Below are positions 54,891 to 57,952 of a stretch of DNA of 57,952 bases, piece after piece (within the stretch, counting starts at the first letter, position 1; each line of letters starts with the position of its first letter). Under the pieces are notes generated by a model. The model did not search any database and was not told the origin of the DNA. It worked only from the letters and a program-made list of their open reading frames with translations. A program made the position numbers and the translations under genes. Source of the stretch: a virus (Duplodnaviria > Caudoviricetes); IMG/VR virus record IMGVR_UViG_3300005099_000473, positions 1 to 57,952 of that record. One strand, 5' to 3'.

Positions 54891-57113
54891 ATGTCAAGGG
54901 AGGAGTATATTGAGTTGTTTTCGGAAGCAAGTAAGAAGTTTAAAGAATTAAAGAAGTCTGGTAAAGATGAGGAAGCAAGTAAATTGGCTGAAGTTATGAA
55001 TAAGTCAACAGAGTTATTTAGGAGTGGAAAGGTTAGTAAAGCAGTTAAGGTATTGAAAGGTGTGTTAAGGAATAAAGGTTTGGAGGGGTGGTTAAAATGA
55101 CAAGTTTATTGGCAAAGATAAGGCAGTTTGATGACGAAGAATTGGCGTTAGTCATTAATGTTAAGAATTCAATGGAAGAAGTTCAGTTTTTATCGGAGTT
55201 AGATGAATTATTGAATAAGCATGGTAAGGAGGTTAAGGTTGTTAGGGTTGTGGAGTTCTGAGGTGGTTTTCAGTGGAAATAGTTAAGGATGAGATTGATT
55301 TTCAGTCAGTGTATAGATTGGTGATTAATGATGAAGTTAAAGAGAAGTTTGACTATTTGGCGCTAAAGTCTCAGAATCAGGAAATATTGTATTTTAATGG
55401 TTTGTTTGCAGTTAAATTTTTTAAGAATTATAAGACAATGACAGTTTTTGTGTGGAAAGGCAAACAGATTATGCGATTTGGAATGGATAAAATGTCTGGA
55501 GAATGGTGCATAATTAATCCTTGGGCAATTGAAAATTACAGTTTAATGAAAGAGGCTTTGGAGACAGTAGTTAGCGATATTGACTATATTGTATGTCAAG
55601 TAATGTTTGAAGAATATGTGATTCCAGGGAGGGATATAAGAAATGAATGAAAACGATTTGCCTTTTGAGTATAGTTTGAGGAATGAGTGGATTGGAGGAG
55701 TGCCATATGTAGATTTTGTTGTTGATGTTTTTGTAGGGAAAATGAATATAGGAAGTTTGACTTTTCCAGTTTTTGTTAAGGCGAAAGGCAGTGGTTGTCT
55801 TGATAGTTTACGTTATTACGATATAAGAGTTTATGTGTATGATGGTATTGAAGAAATATTAATGGGTCGGTTACCGCCAAGTTTTTCGTTTTCGGAAATA
55901 GGGTTAGAAGAGGTTTTAGATAATGTTTTAGAAAAGGTTAGTAATGCTCAAAAGCAATGGTATGAAAAGTTGTTAAAAGAGATAGAGACTGGGTTTAATG
56001 TAAAAGTTAGTGATTTGACTAAGGAGTATATAGTTAAGTATGGTAGTTTTAGAAGAAAAGTTAAGGTATATGAGTTTGGTTTTGAGAAAGATGGTTGGCA
56101 GTATAATTATGTTTTGAAAGATGATGAAATACGGAGTACATTGGAGGTAAAGAATCAAGATGGAGTGGAGTTTGAGATTAGAAATAGGTCATCAAGACCA
56201 TTAGAGAGGTTGTCAATTATTGATACGATAAAAATTGGGATGTTTGTAATTGAAAATTACATTAACAAAAGAAGAGAGTTTGGTATTGATTTGGATGAGA
56301 TTAGAAATGATTTGAAAATAATCGAAAAGATTACTGAAGGACTTGATGATGTTTACAGAATTAAAGATTCTGTTAATGTTATTATGGATGATTGGAGAAT
56401 TAAGGTAATGTGGGATAGATTGGAGATTGATGGTAGGGGAATTAATATTAAAGTTCCTGGTGTTTTAAATGAGACTGGTCAAATAGCTAATGATATTTTG
56501 AAGTTTGTTAGTGAATTAGAAGAATTTGTTAAAAACTTGATTTTTGGTGGTGAGGTATGAAGGTAGTAGTAATATATTTAGATGATGACGGTATTGAGTG
56601 TTACAGAGAAGTGTTGAATGAGAAGGAAGCAAGAAAGATATATGGTAATTTTATTGACAAAATGGTGAAGGCAGGAAAATGGTATGATATGGTAGGTGAT
56701 AAAGTAATAATGTTGGAAAGGTGATAAATATGACTGTTAGTGAAGCAACTTTAGTTAAAATGGAAAAATATGGCGGTTCATTTGTAAGAAATTTGGCAGT
56801 GTTGTATAGAGTTGCGGATTGGCAAAATAAGAAAAAGATTGAGAAAGTTTTCAAGGAGTATTTTGATAGGTATGAGAAGTTTAATGAAAGAGTAATATTA
56901 AAGGGGTGATGTAATTTGCCGATATGTCCATATTGTGGAAAGTATCATAAGAAAAGTCATCATAGAAGGCATGTTAGGACTTGCATATATTGGGATAATC
57001 CAGCGTTAGAGCATTTGATTAAGAGTAAAGGTACTGGTGCAAAGGATTATAAGGCTAAGCAGGCACAGTTGAAAAAGGAAAGATTAAAGAAACTTGGAAT
57101 TGTGAGGGATTGA
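54891..57113 (+). other. Small hypothetical genes (54891-55100, 55097-55261, 55273-55650, 55643-56560, 56557-56724, 56721-56909, 56916-57113 with CPYC...H...C)
   Basis: Contiguous + strand ORFs with RBS and overlapping stop/start codons. Confidence 0.5.
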
Positions 57114-57116
57114 TAA

Positions 57117-57446
57117 ATGAAGGATATAGTAGTTCAGGCATTGACTGAGGAAGAAGTTAAGAAAGTATTTAAGGAGGAGTTTGCAAAAGAGTTAATTGAA
57201 GAAACAGGTTGGTGGTTTAGTGATGGTAGAATTTTAATTATTGACCAGAAAAATGAGTTAGAGAATGCAAAAGTAATGATTCATGAGGTTGTTGAATATA
57301 TTGTAGAAATGATTTTAGGATTAAGTCATAAGGATGCGCATGAAATAGCTAATGCTGTTGAAAGAGAGTTTGAAATAATGATAAAAGCTAAAGGGGTGGT
57401 AAGTAATGAAGAAATATCGTGTAAGGAAAGGAAATTGGAATATTGA
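57117..57446 (+). CDS. Small zincin-like (HExxE...H) protein
   Basis: VMIHEVVEYIVE...SHKDAHEIA. Confidence 0.45.
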   Translation: MKDIVVQALTEEEVKKVFKEEFAKELIEETGWWFSDGRILIIDQKNELENAKVMIHEVVEYIVEMILGLSHKDAHEIANAVEREFEIMIKAKGVVSNEEISCKERKLEY

Positions 57447-57952
57447 TATTGAAAAGATTTTTGAGGCAGAAGCAATAGCGTTACTTGAGATAGTTATTGA
57501 TAAGAATGAGGCGTTAGATAAAGACAATATTATTGAATTGGCAGATGCTTTAGAGTTTAGAACGTTTGTTAGATTAGTTCAAGAGAATGATAAGTGGTGG
57601 AGGAAATATATTGAATTAGTTGAAGACTGGTTTGAAGAAGTTTCAGTTGAAGATATTTAGGGGTGGTAAAATGGCAATGAAGTTTAAGTTAAAGAATGGT
57701 ACAGGAGTTTGGACTTGGATAGTTCCAGAAGAGTATGAAGAGTTTGTTAAGTGGATGATTAAGAGAGGATATAGTGCTCAGTCGGCATATGCAGCGGTAA
57801 CTGGTTTGGAGCATGTTAAGAAAGGAATACCAGTTGAAAGTTACTACATTAGGCGTAAGATTAATTATGGTTTGAGGAAGTGGAATGAGTTTTTAAGAGA
57901 TTATTGTAAGGAGTGTGAGGTAAATGGGGGTGGAGTATTTTTTAGTGGTTAA
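57406..57952 (+). other. Two hypothetical genes (57406-57660, 57671-57952)
   Basis: ORFs with GGGGTGG RBS. Confidence 0.5.

Noticed and set aside
423-57527. The many minus-strand ORFs of 60-140 aa in the track
   Set aside because: They lie opposite well-supported + strand genes, show no RBS that I could see, and have the Ser/Ile/Leu/His-rich composition expected from the reverse complement of a skewed coding strand.
1-57952. tRNA/rRNA genes, integrase, transposase or reverse transcriptase (DGR)
   Set aside because: I saw no cloverleaf-like GC-rich segments or recognisable motifs by eye. A tRNAscan/HMM run is needed to exclude them formally.

Overview
A 58-kb segment of a head-tailed (HK97-fold) dsDNA virus that most likely infects a thermophilic, non-halophilic archaeon. 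Support: GGAGGTGA/GGGGTGA ribosome-binding sites, BRE/TATA-like promoters, an archaeal-type replication kit (PolB with a mini-intein, fused PriS-PriL primase, RPA-like, RadA/RadB-like, XPF-like and Cas4-like proteins) and a Lys/Glu-rich proteome. Every credible gene is on the + strand, which is strongly G-rich and C-poor. Gene order: end of a tail-fibre module with an L-type lectin (1-1.2 kb); two tetrapeptide-repeat proteins followed by a pair of radical SAM/SPASM enzymes, one split by a 7-bp duplication (1.2-6.2 kb); a head module with portal, ATP-grasp enzyme, two ADP-ribosyltransferase-like proteins (one fused to MuF), prohead protease, scaffold, major capsid protein and adaptor (7.2-21.7 kb); replication/recombination (21.8-31.5 kb); a 7-deazaguanine DNA-modification cluster with QueE, QueD, FolE, QueC and two DpdA/TGT-like proteins (32-40.8 kb); terminase large subunit; an AT-rich control region with direct repeats (44.1-44.25 kb); and many small, probably early genes, including a tandem paralog array. 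The strongest candidates for undescribed biology are (i) the radical SAM pair next to repeat fibre-like proteins, a possible RiPP-like virion-modification system; (ii) a shared ~135-aa module carried by three head-module proteins with different cargo domains; and (iii) two DpdA-like enzymes, one with a PIP-like tail and one fused to a separately translatable domain just upstream of TerL. GATC also appears to be avoided throughout. All functional calls come from reading motifs by eye; no database searches were run.
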